Origin: Styela clava
Taxonomy: Eukaryota
Length of the DNA stretch: 64,000 nt
Reading direction: 5' to 3'
NCBI RefSeq assembly: GCF_964204865.1
Contig: NC_135253.1
Location: 14,198,001 to 14,262,000, forward strand
The notes beneath the pieces were generated by a model. The model ran no database searches and had not been told where the DNA came from. It worked only from the letters and a program-made list of their open reading frames with translations. A program made the position numbers and the translations under genes. Shown one piece after another: positions 33,826 to 48,200 of this stretch; positions within the stretch are counted from its first letter, which is position 1, and every line of letters begins with the position of its first letter.

Positions 33826-35200
33826 TTACCCCAAAGTGAGGAAGCAGCGCTTGTTTGCCATCAGCGATTTTTTGAAATGGTGGTGTGACTTTAAATTGCT
33901 TTGTTTAAAGTTTAAGCATAAATATACTCTGCATTTGGTACATCTGATTACCGGCATACGATCACGCCCTGGGCAACGACATCGCTGTCTCTTAGCTTCT
34001 ACCACAGACCAATGACCAGTGGCGTCGGTTCGAACCTCGTTGTTGGGGTGTGAAGTAACTGCGCTTCTGATTCGGGATTCTGGTAAGGTAGTAGACAATG
34101 GTCTGCCTCGTTAAGTGGAGTCGATGTTTTCCCAGGCTTGCAATGAGGTTCTGTCAAAAAACTTCGAAACGACAAAAGATCTCGTTGCTTGTTACTCGCA
34201 ACTCCCAGGGACTCCCAATCTCTTCTATATAGGATCCAGCTGTTTACAATAGCCAAATCAACCAGGTGGAAGATGATCTTCAGGCAGTACTTTTTTGACT
34301 GAATGCGTATATTATAGTAGGGTATAAGAGCATCCAACAGGAAAACGAACTGGCAATAGTTACACTTCGTTTATCATGCCATTTCATAACTCTTATTTCA
34401 GTGCCCTCAACACATGACGTATTTTCCTCATAACATCCCGGTCCTCTTTTTTCAAATTCTTGTCAGATACCAGCTCGCATTCAAATAACCGGTTTTGTCC
34501 CGCCTTCCCAATAAAATAGATCTTCCTTTTGGCAAGAACGGACATCGAATGTATGGACGTAAACCAATTGTCAAAACAGAATAAATGTGACTATGTTGGC
34601 ACTAACTCGGAGATCAGGGTAACCAGACACAGGATGTATCTTTCCAGTAGATATTTCAAAGTTGTGCATCAAACCATCTCTTCCACACAACAAATATATT
34701 TTACACCCCCATTTGTGAGGCTTTTTGGGAAGATATTGTTTCAGCCCTGTCTTTCCAGTAAACGAAACCATTTGCTCGTCGATACATAAAACTTGTTCTT
34801 GATGTAGTGGTTGAATTTTGCTTTAAGAATTTCTAACGTGGGTCTGATTTTGAACAATCGATCTTGACGAACATCAGAATCGCTATGAAGTAAATCGTTG
34901 TTATTGAAATGGGGCATCTTTTTTGTTCTTTTCCATCGATCACGGGCCATTGCATCGGCGACACAGTTAACTTTGGTTTCCGCAGCCCAGCCCAAAACAT
35001 ACGTGTTCTTGGTAGACAAAAAATAGACACGCAAACGACAGCCAAGAAACTTCTCCATGTCTGGAATTGTAAGGTTTAGCTGTTTGGAAGGATCGCTTTG
35101 GCTCGCATAGATATTAGTTTCCGCAACTATTTGATGCATTTACACCCGAGTCAAAAAATATGTAAAATATGCAATAGGTGGTCGCACTGTTTCCGATTCA
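33826..35200 (-). pseudogene. Decayed piggyBac transposase (PGBD2/3-like, DDE_Tnp_1_7)
   Basis: Frameshifted segments DRLFKIRP, DEQMVSFTGKTGLKQYLPKKPHKWG, KIIFHLVDLAIVNSWILY and Cys-rich RCRCP...RCTKCRVYLCL. The YNxxMGGVD region is missing and TIRs were not resolved. Confidence 0.9.
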
Positions 35201-37978
35201 TACTGACGGCGTTTCCATACAGGCAACTCTCCTACCAATGCTGGCACTTTCCCGCACAATGCCCCATACGGGCTTCTTACGTGGGAAATAGATAGCAATA
35301 CACACCTCGACTTCAACCACAGCAGAAACTCGCTTGACCCTCTTGCTTCCTGGTCACTTTCTCCTTCCTGGATATATTCTGACTAACTTCTTCACCATCT
35401 GAACCTTTTGACAACAAGACATATAGACTCTAATTTTAGTATTATTTCGGTGGGTGAGCAGAACGTGTTATATTGATGAAATATATATTTTTAAACATAA
35501 AAAATAATGTAATTGAAACTGATTAGCTATTTTGGGGATTAGACATTGTAGATACTGAGAATTACATTGGTTTTTGGAATGTTTAGTTTTCAGGACTGGT
35601 GCATATAGTAGAGTTGCAAAATTGCGTATGTCCCCAAGTCATAGACACATTTCTGCCTAAGTCACAGTGCGCCATTATGACGTCACTTAACTGCGTCATA
35701 CAAATGAACTTAAATCCGGCTACGATAAAAAAATTGAACCATGGCAAATTATTGACTCTCAATGGCATAACAATATCATTAGGAAGTTTTTTACGTTTTT
35801 CTCAAAACTGCTAAATATGACTTACGCAATTTGGTTATTAGCGTGACGATATATTATCATCACTTCACCGAAAACCATAGAGTACCGTATCCTGCACAAA
35901 GCTGAACAGTGAAACAGCTAACTTACATGGCTATGGTAACCGACTTACTAGTACCGGACTACCGGTACCCAGTACGACACAGTTTACCAGTTTCTTTCAA
36001 AAAAGCCTCCATATTAAAATACATTAATTACAATAACTGTGACTGCAAGCCCCACTTTCAAGAGATTGTTTGAGCTTTCAAAGCGGCACTGTTACAGGTC
36101 TGCAGGTACAGGGATTTTCCAGTTTCTTTGCAATTCTGTTTCAACTTGATTAAGATACCAACTGATTCGAGATACCACGGTATCATAACAGTGATAGTGC
36201 CAGCACAAAAACAAATCATTTACTTGTCAAGAAAACGAATCGCACTGTGCTACCAGGAACATTTGAAATAAATGAAAGTAAAAGCTCCCCGGAAAAAATT
36301 CAATCTTCAACCCCCGGAAAAATTTCAAAGCAATTGGTCCAGTATTCGAAGAGAAAAGCGATTTTATGGTGACGGGGAAGAATATGAACGAGAACAACAA
36401 CATAATATCAAAACAATCCATAGGTCCACTCACGTGTCCAATAATAAAAGAAAAAATTTTATTGAGGAAAAGAGAAGCTGATCATGCAGTGACAATATTA
36501 ACATATTAAAATTTGAACGAAATTTCAACCATCTCTTTGGTGCTCAACCAACAGTCGCAAGTTGGCCAACGTCGGTAAAAGCAATATATATCATTATTAT
36601 GTGGAGTTGGATTTTCAAAAATATCGCAATTTTCAGTTTCTAAAGTGAAGCGTTCGAGTGTCAAGAATGATCATTAGTTGACCAGAATTTTTTTTTGTTT
36701 TACAAAAAATGAGAAATCTTGTATATATCAAAGTAGAGGGCCACAGTCCGAGTCAAAATCTGTGTCGAACGCATTCGTTTTTTTTTTTAATGGAACAAAC
36801 TTGGGCGTTTTTTCTCTACAGCAGGAGTCTACAACCTGTGGCCCACAAGAAAAAAATGTGTGGCCCGCAGATAAGTGCCAATTTTGAATGGTGTGCGGCC
36901 CTCAAAACGAGTTTTTGATTTATTTTAAACCAGTACGTGCGAGTAATTTCATTTCCGTTGCGTTGTGAAGCCTATACCTGCTAGTGCAAAGCGAACAACG
37001 CATTTTATAAAATAAATAACCAATGTTTTTGTGCCTGCAACTACTACAAACTCTATATTAAATAAAAATGCGGTCCGCCGTTTCACCCAGTAATTTGTAT
37101 TTGGCCCTCCCGTATTAACAATGGCAACTGATTTATTGTGATGTGTTGCTGCTTTCCCATTCCCACATATATCAACGTGGGCACGACTGCTACATATTTT
37201 CCCAACATTTAGTTGGCAGCATTTACCTGGGCTGTAATTTGTTTTAAAATGTGTTGAATGAAAACACACATAAGTTTATGAGGTATATTGAGATCAGTTT
37301 TTGAATATTTAATTTATTTTCGTTTATTGTAGTTAATATTTGAACATGCTCAAATTGGGTTTAATAGTATTTAATTTTCCTTAGATGTTTTCCTCATTAA
37401 GATATGGACTTCGAAATTGAAGAACATAAATTCCTTATCTCTGATGGTCGACGCCCAAAAAGCATCCAATCTATGTCCATTGTTATAGCATTGTTTAAAT
37501 AAGATACTGTTGAAACAAGGGTTTCGACCTCGTTTACATGTTAATGCTTGTAACGCACACACGATATTATTTGCTATAATAAATTATTGTAATAAAGTTT
37601 TGATCACTCTGACGTAATACCAAACACACATCGGTTAAGACAGCATCAAAATACTTCATGCTTCTAAAAATGCATCAAATTGTTGAATTTTATAGTAATA
37701 TGGCTTAGAAAAGTCAAGCTTTAGTGAATTATGAAAAATACCCGTAGGAATTGGGAATAATATGGAAATATGAATATATCTATCGTATACTCTTGATCTT
37801 CTATCACGTTGTTGATAGCAACAGCTAAGAAGAGAAAATAAAAGTTACATGCAGATGGTAGTAGGCGCGCCACATTTCAACACTCTTAATAGAAGTCATA
37901 TAGCATGCATACACTGCGCATAACTTCATTGCTGTTCTCGACTAGAGTGGAAAACATTGTATATAAGACGACATAGAT

Positions 37979-40900
37979 ATGAACGTCGCTATCCGATTGC
38001 TAGCTATTATTTTCGGCTTAATTGTGTCAATAAGGGCTGCCCCGATCCTTGTTAATGCGGGGCCGGCAAGAAGAGAACACCACAAATTATTACTCATATC
38101 GTTTGACGCTCTCAAGTAAGTGAAGTGACACATTCATTACTTGCTATTATGAAATGATTTTTAGCCATTTATCTTTTCAACCTAATAGTGTATCTTTTCG
38201 AGACCATGTGGAGGTAAATAAATATTAAATTGTGCAATATTTTTTAAAATTGTTTTCGTTTTGGGATATTTGAGAGTTTTCAATTATAAGAGGAAATGTC
38301 GTGTTCATTTTATATTTGATTCAATAGATGGAGCTACTTCGATCGTGCAAAAGAAATGCCTGGTTTCAAATTCTTGTCGGAAAACGGAGTTCGCGCGGAA
38401 TATATGAAACCTGCATTTCCTTCTCACACGTCTCCATGCCACACTACGATTGCAACAGGTAATTTTCTTTGTACCGTATGTGTTAAGTTAACACATTATG
38501 GTATACAGCTATAGAATACGCATAACCCAAGTTATTCCATAAAGTAATGTACTTCATGCTCCGACTCACGGCTTTTAAAGCTGGTTAAAAAGTTGAATCT
38601 CGGTTGCCAGCTCTCTCCCTCTGTGTTGGATACTGCATTTGGTGCAACGCCCATCAAGTCTCTTCCCTTCAACGATCTCAGCATTCAGATTTCCTATGAA
38701 ATGCTTACTAGAATACTGCTATCGTGATTTTGAGAAACATTTTCAGAATCTATGATCACCTTCCGAATTTGCGCGCTTTAGGTATAGCATATTCAGTTAT
38801 ATATTCATTATTCACGATATTACGTTTCTTATCAAGGTCTATATCCTGAAAGTCACGGCGTTGTTCATAACTGTGTTTACGATCATCACAATGACAGCAC
38901 AGGGCAAACCGACTTCTACGGAGCTTTAGCTGTGAATGATTGGTGGGACAATGGCCAGGAACCGATTTGGATAACAGCATCATCACAGGTAAAAGGTCGC
39001 GATGGATTACTTTACCTGTACCTTAGAGAAAAAAGCTTTTGCAAACATCTTAATCGCGACATCCAGATGTTTCATAGAAGGGTAGTTTAGTGTTACCCAT
39101 CTGCACAAATAGTGTGTCATTTTGTCTCATTTCTGTAGAGTCACGACTTCTCTTTTGTTTGTCGATCTAAGTCTGGTATACACCATATAACCGGCGAAAG
39201 CCTATAGCTGTATGAACGAACGCGATTGGTGTAGGGAATTCCAACCGCCCTGAGCGTTACGACGGTTTGTTAGCACGTAGCTTAACGGTCCTCTCACGCA
39301 CGACTAATGTAATCTACGGCGACCGTACATTTGAACCCATATATACATTTGTACCGGTATATCCGCGGGTTCAATCTATATGCGGGTGCTAAAATCCATG
39401 GGTTAGGGTTAGTATGGGTTCGAATATCCGTAAAAAAAAATTTCCATAGGTGCAATTGTCGTGGGTTTAAATTACGGGTGCAAATGTACGTGGGTGCAAA
39501 TGTAATGGGACCGTAATCTACAATTTATTCTGGGTACCATTGGCGAAATTGAACCAAAGTTGCAACAAGTCAAATTCTCATTTATTTAGTATTAAAATTG
39601 CTTTTTCAATTCTTTCTCTTCAGGGCTTGAAAAGCGGAGGATACATGTATCCGGGAAGTAACGCCACTAATGACGGTCGAACTGCGACAAGATCAATTCT
39701 TGAATTAAGAACGACGTCTTACAACGAGGAAGCTTGGCGGAAACGAATTGATGACGTCATGTCATGGTTTAGTGACGATGATTTTGATTTTATTGCCCTC
39801 TATTTTGAACAGGTACTGTGACACTGCCATCATTGTTATTATGGGGTTTGTAAAAAAAACTTGTTTCGAATATGCGCAGTAAATGAAAGATTCCTCCAAA
39901 ATCACGTAAGCTATATATACTTGAACTTTTCAACATCACTCTATCAGTATAATAATGCAACGCAACGAGCTGAGAACCTATATAGATGAATGATTCTAAA
40001 TTAAATACAGTAGAAATAAAACTTAGATTGATATACCTTACTTTAAAATTTATGCAGCCAGATGTCGATAGTCATTTATGGGGGCCTGACTCTGACAGAG
40101 TTGACGATGTGACTTTACCTTTGGTCGATCGCACGATACAATATTTATTCAACCAAAGTTACAACTATGGTTTATTTGATGACTTGAATATTATAATTAC
40201 AAGGTCAGTAAACGTAACGCAGGGGAATTGAGAATTTTTTAATTTTATTGATAAATAATAGCAGCAATAGAGAATAATTACATGTTTAATATACATAGGC
40301 ATCTGGTCTTTCCTTTCATACTTTATCCAATGCAATGTAAGCGGTAACGGTTTGATCTTGATTCTATTGTCACTATGACTAAACTTGTATACGGCAAAAA
40401 ATTCTCCTGGCTGTCATTGGTTGGATATTTAATATATATTCTGCCGAGGTCAATTCACTTTTACTGCTTCCAGTGATCACGGGATGTTGAATGTCAATAC
40501 CAGCGCTCGTGGTGACGATACAATTTCTCTGATGAGATATGTAGATCCAAGTTGGGTTTCGTTTCAACTCAGCTATGGACCATTGGGTCTGATAGAACCT
40601 GTTCCAGAGAATAAAACCGCTGTGTATGAAGGACTGAAAGGTAAATGTAAATTAGCTACTGCATATTAATTCATTTGAAAAAACTGCCACTAAGTATCGA
40701 ATATGTCGAAGTTTTTTTCCATCACCAAAAATTTTGCTATTTTGTGGTATATATAGTGCACTAGCACGTGGTATTTCCCCATTGAGACTGAGTCTGCCAT
40801 CTTTTCGGCAAGCGTGGGGCTCAGCTGAGGTTTTAATAGCATACGTGTGATTTGTTACGGCGCTGGGGCTTAATTTTGCTACGAAGTCACTGTTTTGCTA

Positions 40901-42959
40901 TGTCTGACAAGGAATCGACAACGTTTTTTTTTATATTGGAGTCATGTTGTGATCAAAAAGTTGGGAGGTTAGACAATAAGTGGCGTCTGGAAAACTTTGT
41001 TGTTCAACACAAGAGAGCAACGCTCAAATATAGGGACACGTGCACTAGAGCGAAGCAGGGTTTACCTTTGACGTTACCGGTACCGTACCCTCAAAAAGTT
41101 CCGGGTTTTCAGTCGCAAGAATTTTCACAGTCAGCCGTCACGCTTGGCGGATTAAAAACCGTGTTCCCATAATTAAAAATTAATACAGCGCAATTTTGAA
41201 TGAAATATTAGATCTCATAAGATTCATAGAAAATTCAGGAATAAATGAAAGTAATAGCCTTCTGGCAAAAAAATCAATCTTGAACCACTGAAAGTTCCGA
41301 AGCAATTGGTCCAGTATTCGAAGAGAAAAGCGATTTTTTAATGATAATGACGAAAGAAAATAACAATAACAACAAAATTTTGAAACGATCGTTATGGCCA
41401 CTAAACGTGTCCAATAATCAAGATGTGGTTTACGTAATTTGTCCAAACGAGCGACACTATTGTGCAAAACCTCATGCTAGTTACGATAGCAGTGCGGACG
41501 AAATATGGGAAATATTCATGGAAATGTGTACCCGAAGAACAAATATTTCGCGAATTCGATATTTCTTTCTCGTTCAACAGTGGCTCCAATTTGTGCTACC
41601 AAATGATATATAAAGACAAACGTTAATTATTTTTCTCAGCTGGAAGTAATCGAATGGAAGTTTATTACAAAGAAGAGATCCCGGAAAGATATCACTATAA
41701 AAACAACGATAGAGTCCCGTCCATTGTGATAACGGCACATCATGGATACGATGTGTACAGGGTAGGTCGCTTTAAGAATAATGTATTTATTTTTCGAATG
41801 GCGCGTAGAGTAGTCTGTTGCCCATTAATGTCTATATGCATATGTATTTTGACTGACAACCAGACGAGAGGCAATGGTTCGTCGTATGATTTAATCTCCA
41901 ACTTTCCTTTCCCGTGGGATTAATGAGAAAAATCCTATTTCAATGAGAATTTCGTCATATTGAATAGGCTGGTGATTTTCAACTGCGATTCTTCAATTTC
42001 ATCGATTTCTGATTTGTTATCGTGAAATATGCCAATCAGAAAATAATGTGTAACAACAATTTGACTCTAACACCTGAAGGCCTTTCTTGGAACATTGATT
42101 GAAAATTATTGAACTAGACTATTATATCTACAGATATAAGGCGCATTGAATCGGGACAACACTAGAACTGTCTATTAGTAGCCTACTAGTTCTAACAATA
42201 CAACCTACTTCTATTGTTTTACTAATTTGTGATATATATTTGCAACGTAAATTTGATCCTCAAATTTGAAATGCCCGTTATGCTAACAAAGAATCATTTA
42301 AATTTGCAGTATTTTCCCGGAGCTCATCCTAACCGTGGTGATCATGGGTTTGACAATGATTTCGAGGATATGAGAACGTCATATTTTAGCATAGGGCCAT
42401 CTTTCAAGGTAAACTTGTATCCTTTGTTAAATTGGTCATCATATTTGTATCAGCTAACAAATGACTATGATATTGCGGACCTTTTACACCAGTAAAACGT
42501 TTCATACGCCGTGATATTTTCATTTACGTGGTACTCAAGGATCACACACTGTCTATAAAACTCCTAACTCGTCGTCTTCGCATATATATATATATTTATT
42601 ACTAGTTGACTCGATACGTTAAAAAAACTTAAGATAAACAGAACAGATTGTATATATCAATTATAGATATGTTTGATCGATTCATCACATTTTCTTTGTT
42701 CAATTTGAACTTTTAGAAAGGCGTTACTGTCGATGGGTTTGAATCTGTGAATATTTATCCGCTCATGTGTCACTTACTCGGACTAACACCTGCACCAAAC
42801 AACGGATCACTTGAAGTTCTGTACCCAACCCTGGCATCCGATCCTGTCACATCAACGCAGAGTGAAATGACAACAAGCGGAGGCGTATCAATTGTACATT
42901 ATAACACAGTTATTTTTTTCTCATCGCTACTTTCTGTCCATATATTTTCATTTATATAA
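37979..42959 (+). CDS. ENPP7: ENPP7-like ectonucleotide pyrophosphatase/phosphodiesterase (alkaline sphingomyelinase-like), copy 1, 9 exons, about 461 aa: 37979-38115, 38328-38458, 38837-38988, 39624-39812, 40058-40203, 40474-40640, 41640-41761, 42310-42408, 42717-42959
   Basis: Signal peptide; KLLLISFD; catalytic PAFPSHTSPCHTTIATG (TSPCH as in ENPP7); HGVVHN, WWDNG..PIWIT, LYFEQPD...H, IITSDHGM and GDHGFDN; hydrophobic C-terminal anchor. Orthology within the ENPP4-7 group has not been tested. Confidence 0.85.
39318..39512. mobile_element. MITE with a 9-bp TSD (Mutator/MULE-like), only in ENPP copy 1 intron 3
   Basis: gtaatctac lies at 39309-39317 and 39513-39521. Imperfect TIRs gg..c..tacatttg.accc. 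Absent from the paralogous intron. Confidence 0.75.
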
Positions 42960-43130
42960 ACAACACTATGTCAGTTCGAAAGAAATAATTTAGACTCCTA
43001 CAAATTGGTGTATAACTCCATTGGAGACCGTTGTACCGTTTTTCTTTGTCCGAATATTTTCATTTAAATAAATCACACTATATCAATTCTAGTAGAAATA
43101 TTCAGACTCCTATTTCAAATTGAATTACAA

Positions 43131-43977
43131 CTAGAGCTGCGTGCAGCTTTAACAGGCTTCCCGCGTAAAAAAAACTGAAGAAGCGTTTCGCTCACTGGAG
43201 CGTGAAAGCGTGGTCAGTCATGCATAAAATTTGCAATTTATGATGGGGGACTTATTATCTGCATGTGATGTAAATTTCAAGTCTCTAAGTAGTGTCGTTC
43301 TCGAGAAGAAGATGAAAATGTAAAATCCTATATTGCTCACTGGAGCGTATCGCCGAGGTCACTCATGCGTATCCTTGACATGTCGTATCCGGAACATGTC
43401 CATTAATCATTGTTATGAATTTCAACCCAATAGCATGTATCAATTTTGAGAAATCGCAAAAAAACTGAAGACGCGTTTTGCTCACTGGAGCGTGAAAGCG
43501 TGGTCAGTCATGCATAAAATTTGCAATTTATGATGGTGGACTTATTATCTGCATGTGATGTAAATTTCAAGTCTCTAAGTAGTGTCGTTCTCGAGAAGAA
43601 GATGAAAATCTAAAATCCTATATTGCTCACTGGAGCGTATCGCTGAGGTCACTCATGCGTATCCTTGACATATTGTATCCGAAAAATGTCTATTAATCAT
43701 TGCTATGAATTTCAACCCAATAGCATGTATCAATTTTGAGAAATCGCAAAAAAACTGAAAACGCGTTTTGCTCACTGGAGCGTGAAAGCGTGGTCAGTCA
43801 TGCATAAAATTTGCATTTTATTGCTAGCTGAGAACTTCTGCACATTTGAGGTGAATTTCAAGTTTGTAGGACCAATTTGAAAAAAAAAATAATAAAAATA
43901 AATAATAATAATAATAAATAATAATAATAAAACACAGGAATACAATAGGTTCCCTGCTGACAAGCAGCGGGAAGCCT
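43131..43977 (-). mobile_element. Helentron/HINE (DINE-1-like) non-autonomous rolling-circle element with an internal tandem array
   Basis: The minus strand reads TT, AGGCTTCCCGC with a partial inverted copy, a (TTA)n tract, 290-bp tandem units, the subTIR GCGGGAAGCCT, hairpin AGCTGC-ac-GCAGCT, then CTAG-TT. Absent from the copy 2 flank. Confidence 0.78.
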
Positions 43978-45229
43978 AATTACATTAAGATCATTATCCG
44001 AGATTATCGTTCATGTTATGCAACCAGAAGATGGCGCTGGTAACCGCATTGGGCGAGTGTCATAACTAACCCGAGACCAATGAGGATTTTTTCTGTTAAC
44101 TTTTTTTATTGCATTTATATAAATCAATCACACAATATCAGTTCTACTAGAAATATTCAGACTTCTATTTCAAATTGACCTAGAATTACATTAAAGATCG
44201 TTATCCGAGGGTACCGTTCATGTTAGGCCAGATGATGGCGCTTATAACTGTATCGAGCGAGTGTCATAACTGACCAGATATCAAAGAGGATTTCGTCTGT
44301 AAACTTTTTTTATCGTAAATGTCATTTATAATTGTAATAAAAAGTAATTTTCAAGTGTAATGGAGCTTGTTTGTGTAAGCACAACATTGGTGACTTCTCG
44401 AGCACATTCGCATCTGCTAGAACTTGAACAACTCGTTTGAATCTTACATTTTCCATTGTTTTTGAATCCTTTTATGTCTAACAAGGAATCGACAACGTTC
44501 AACAGTGGCTCGCCAAATGGTCGATCCCTTCGAAAATATCAAAGTAGAACAAAATTACTAGCGGTCGGGCCAATCCAATCGAGAAGATTCCATAATTTTA
44601 CACCAATCTTGAAATCATCTTTCTTTTGGCATTTCATAATGGTGACAATCTTATGGTCTGATATAATCTCAAATATTTATCTACCCCTGAATATATTACT
44701 GTAGTTATACCGTGAATTTCTATACAGTATGAAAGTTATACTCTCGAGAAAACAGTAGTTCCGAAACTAAACTTCACGATCTTTTTAATTAGATTTCAGA
44801 TCCTTGAGTGTCGGTACTCGATATCCAGCTTTGGTTCCTCGTGGCTTCCCCTCCTCAGTTAAAATGCGTGATTATTATTTTTTTTTCGTATTTTGCGTAA
44901 AAGTGACATTTTAACTGGTTGGAAAAAATAAACTAGACTATGGCTTAGAAAAGTCAAGCTTTAGTGAATTGTGAAAAATACCCGTAGGAATTGGGTATAA
45001 TATGGGAATATGAATCAGCCTATCTATCGTATACTCTTGAGCTTCTATCACGTTGTTGGTAGCATCAGCTAAGAAGAGAAAAATAAAAGAGTTACATGAA
45101 AATGGTAGTAAGCGCGCCACATTTTAACACTCTTAATAAAAGTTATATTTATAGCATGCAGACACTGCGCATAACTTCATTGCTGTTCTCGATTGGAGTG
45201 GAAAACATTGAATAAAAGACGACATAAAT

Positions 45230-48200
45230 ATGAACGTCGCTATCCGATTTCTAGCTATTATTTTCGGTCTAATTGTATCAATAAGGGCCGCCCCAATCCT
45301 TGTCAATGCGGGACCGGCAAGAAGAGAACACCACAAATTATTACTCATATCGTTTGACTGTCTCAAGTAAGTGAAGTAATATATTCATTACTAGCTATTA
45401 TGAAAAGATTTTTGTCCATTTATCTTTTCCTCCTAATAGTGTTGCTCCTAATATATCTTTTCGAAACCAATATGTGTTATGTGAAGGTAGAACAAATATT
45501 AAATTGTGCAATATTTTTCGAAATTGTTTTCGTTTTGAGAGTTTTCAATTGTATGAGGAAATGTCGTGTTCATTTTATATTTTATTCAATAGATGGAGCT
45601 ACTTTGATCGCACAAAAGAAATGCCTGGTTTCAAATTCTTGTCAGAAAATGGAGTTCGCGCAGAATATATGAAACCTGCATTTCCTTCTCACACGTCTCC
45701 GTGCCACACCACGATTGCAACAGGTAATTTTCTTTGTACTATAGGTATTAGGTTAACACATCATGGTATACAGCTATAGAATACGCCTAACCCAAGTTAT
45801 TCCATAAAGCAATATACTTCATGCTCCGACTCATGGCTTCTCCAGCTAGCTAAAAAGTTGAATCTCGGTTGCCAGCTCTCTCCCTCTGTGTTGGATACTG
45901 CATTTGGTGCAACGCCATCAGTCTCTTCACTCCAACAATCATGGCATTCAGGTTTCTGATCAATTTCGCGTGCTCACTAGAATAATGCGATTGTGTTTTT
46001 ATTGTTTAAGATAGCGACAATAATGACTTTGAGATCCATTCCAGGGTCTGTGATTACCTCCAAGATTTGCGCGCTTTAAATATAGCATCTTAAGTTACGA
46101 TCTTTATCAAGGTCTATATCCTGAAAGTCACGGCGTTGTTCATAACTGTGTATACGATCAGCACAATGACAGCACAGGGCAAACCGACTTCTACGGAGCT
46201 TTAGCTGTGAATGATTGGTGGGACAATGGCCAGGAACCGATTTGGATAACAGCATCTTCACAGGTAAAAGGTTGCAATAGATTACTTTACTTGTACATTA
46301 GGGAAAAAAACTTTCGTAAACATCCTAATCTAGACATCCAGATGTTGCACAGCGAGAACTTATGTACATTATACACAAGATAGTTTAGTTTTAATTAACC
46401 ATCTGCACAAATAATAAGCCATTTTGTCTCATTTTCTTAGAGTCACGGCTTCTCTTCTCTTTGCAGATCTAAGTCTGACATAGGAATATATAACCGGTGA
46501 AAGCGTCTAGCTGTATGAACGCGATCGGTGTAGGAAATAGCAAACGGCATGCGCATTATCACGGTTTGGTAGTACGTAGATTAACGGTCGTCTCAGAAGT
46601 TGAACCAAAATTGCAACAAGGCGATTCATCATTTGCTTAGTATTAAAATGGCTAAGTTTGTTGTCTATTTTTACCCTTCTAGGGTTTGAAAAGCGGAGGA
46701 TACATGTATCCAGGAAGTAACGCTACTAATGACGGTCGAACTGCGACAAGATCAATTCTCGAATTAAGAACGACGTCTTACAACGAGGAAGCTTGGCGGA
46801 AACGAATTGATGACGTCATGTCATGGTTCAGTGACGACGATTTTGATTTCATCGCCCTCTATTTTGAACAGGTACGATGAGTCGGTGACATTATCATCAG
46901 CGTTATGTCAATGCCAATTCTAGGACAATAGGTACTAGGGATGGGACGAGTCCAGCATTACAGAGATTCGATGAATCCGAGTAATAGGACAATGACTCGA
47001 ATCGAATCCTTCGAGTCCGTGACGTCACAATGTAAAAGTAGAAAAACACGTTTTTGACCATACTACAGCAGCACGCGCTCACAAACATACGTCGTAGCTC
47101 ATATTTTTTGCCTAATGGTTCCGCAAATAGCTGTTGAATCAATTTAAAAATATATTTTTCCTCTTTTTTGGCGGCCATAGTACAAACGTAAACGTGGGTC
47201 AATGTGCGCCTTAGCTGTGAACTGGATTCCAGCCCACCACCTTGCGTCAATTCTGGACGGCTATTTAGAAACTTTTACATGTCAATATGAAAAATAAAAA
47301 GCTTTTGACTACAATGCTTTCCCATAATTCCAGATATTTCTAGCCTTAAATTTACTATGTCGCGTGTGCAAATGGTAGAGAGATGCCACTCGTCGTCAAT
47401 ACAGTGCTTGCATTTTAGTAGTTTCTGTAAACGTTTCAAAACGCTCCATGCTTTCCATTGCTCCCTTTTAAGAGAAAAGATTGTACGTAATAAAGTCGAT
47501 TTAAAAGAGGTATTAATGAAATTCATTTTTGGGTTGATCCTGCGCATGTTTCATATTTATTTACGCGAATCGAAAACTCAAAAATATTGCACATATTTTA
47601 TTGTGTACCACATGTATACCAAAAAGGATAGATAGTTTGAAGGCGACTGGCGCATCATTGTTATAAGCTATCAATAGTTTTTAACTTGCGTTATATTATC
47701 TGGATATCTGTCGTCTTTTTTATTAGGTGTGTTTATAATACACACGAGTGATATTGTTACATATCTAATCTTGAATTTCAACTAGTTAAGGTATGTAGTG
47801 AGATTTATAGGGGTAAAAGTACACACAAAGGCGTAAATTAGTGAAAACAGAATTGATTATAGACTCGGTAAAAACGACATGGACTCGAAATCGAATCCGA
47901 GTCCGGATCCGAATCCCGGCCCATCCCTAATAGGTACACAAGTAAACCTCTTTGTGAACAAGAAAGCTGTAGGGTATTCATGCGTTTTATTTCAAATCTG
48001 ATTTAATTCAGTATTTAAGATTTTCCTCGACGGATGGGACATTGATTTCCCCAATAATAGCAAAAAGACATTATGGTTTGTCAAAAACTTGTTTTTAATA
48101 TGCGAAGTAAATGAAAGATAAATAACATGATCTCTTCAACGAAATAGTAAGTATATTTGTGAGCTTTCGTTAGATCATGGTCTAACTTCTTCAAACAATA

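Noticed and set aside
33810-35775. piggyBac TIRs with TTAA target sites
   Set aside because: The candidate ends (ttatcccataaat / caatggcataa) match too poorly to call.
37942-38133. Duplicated minus-strand ORFs (also 45133-45366, 38756-38986 and 46076-46261)
   Set aside because: They are antisense shadows of ENPP exons 1 and 3.
43167-43860. CRISPR-like regularly spaced repeats
   Set aside because: The spacers are themselves repeated, the period is 145/290 bp, no cas genes are present and the context is eukaryotic.
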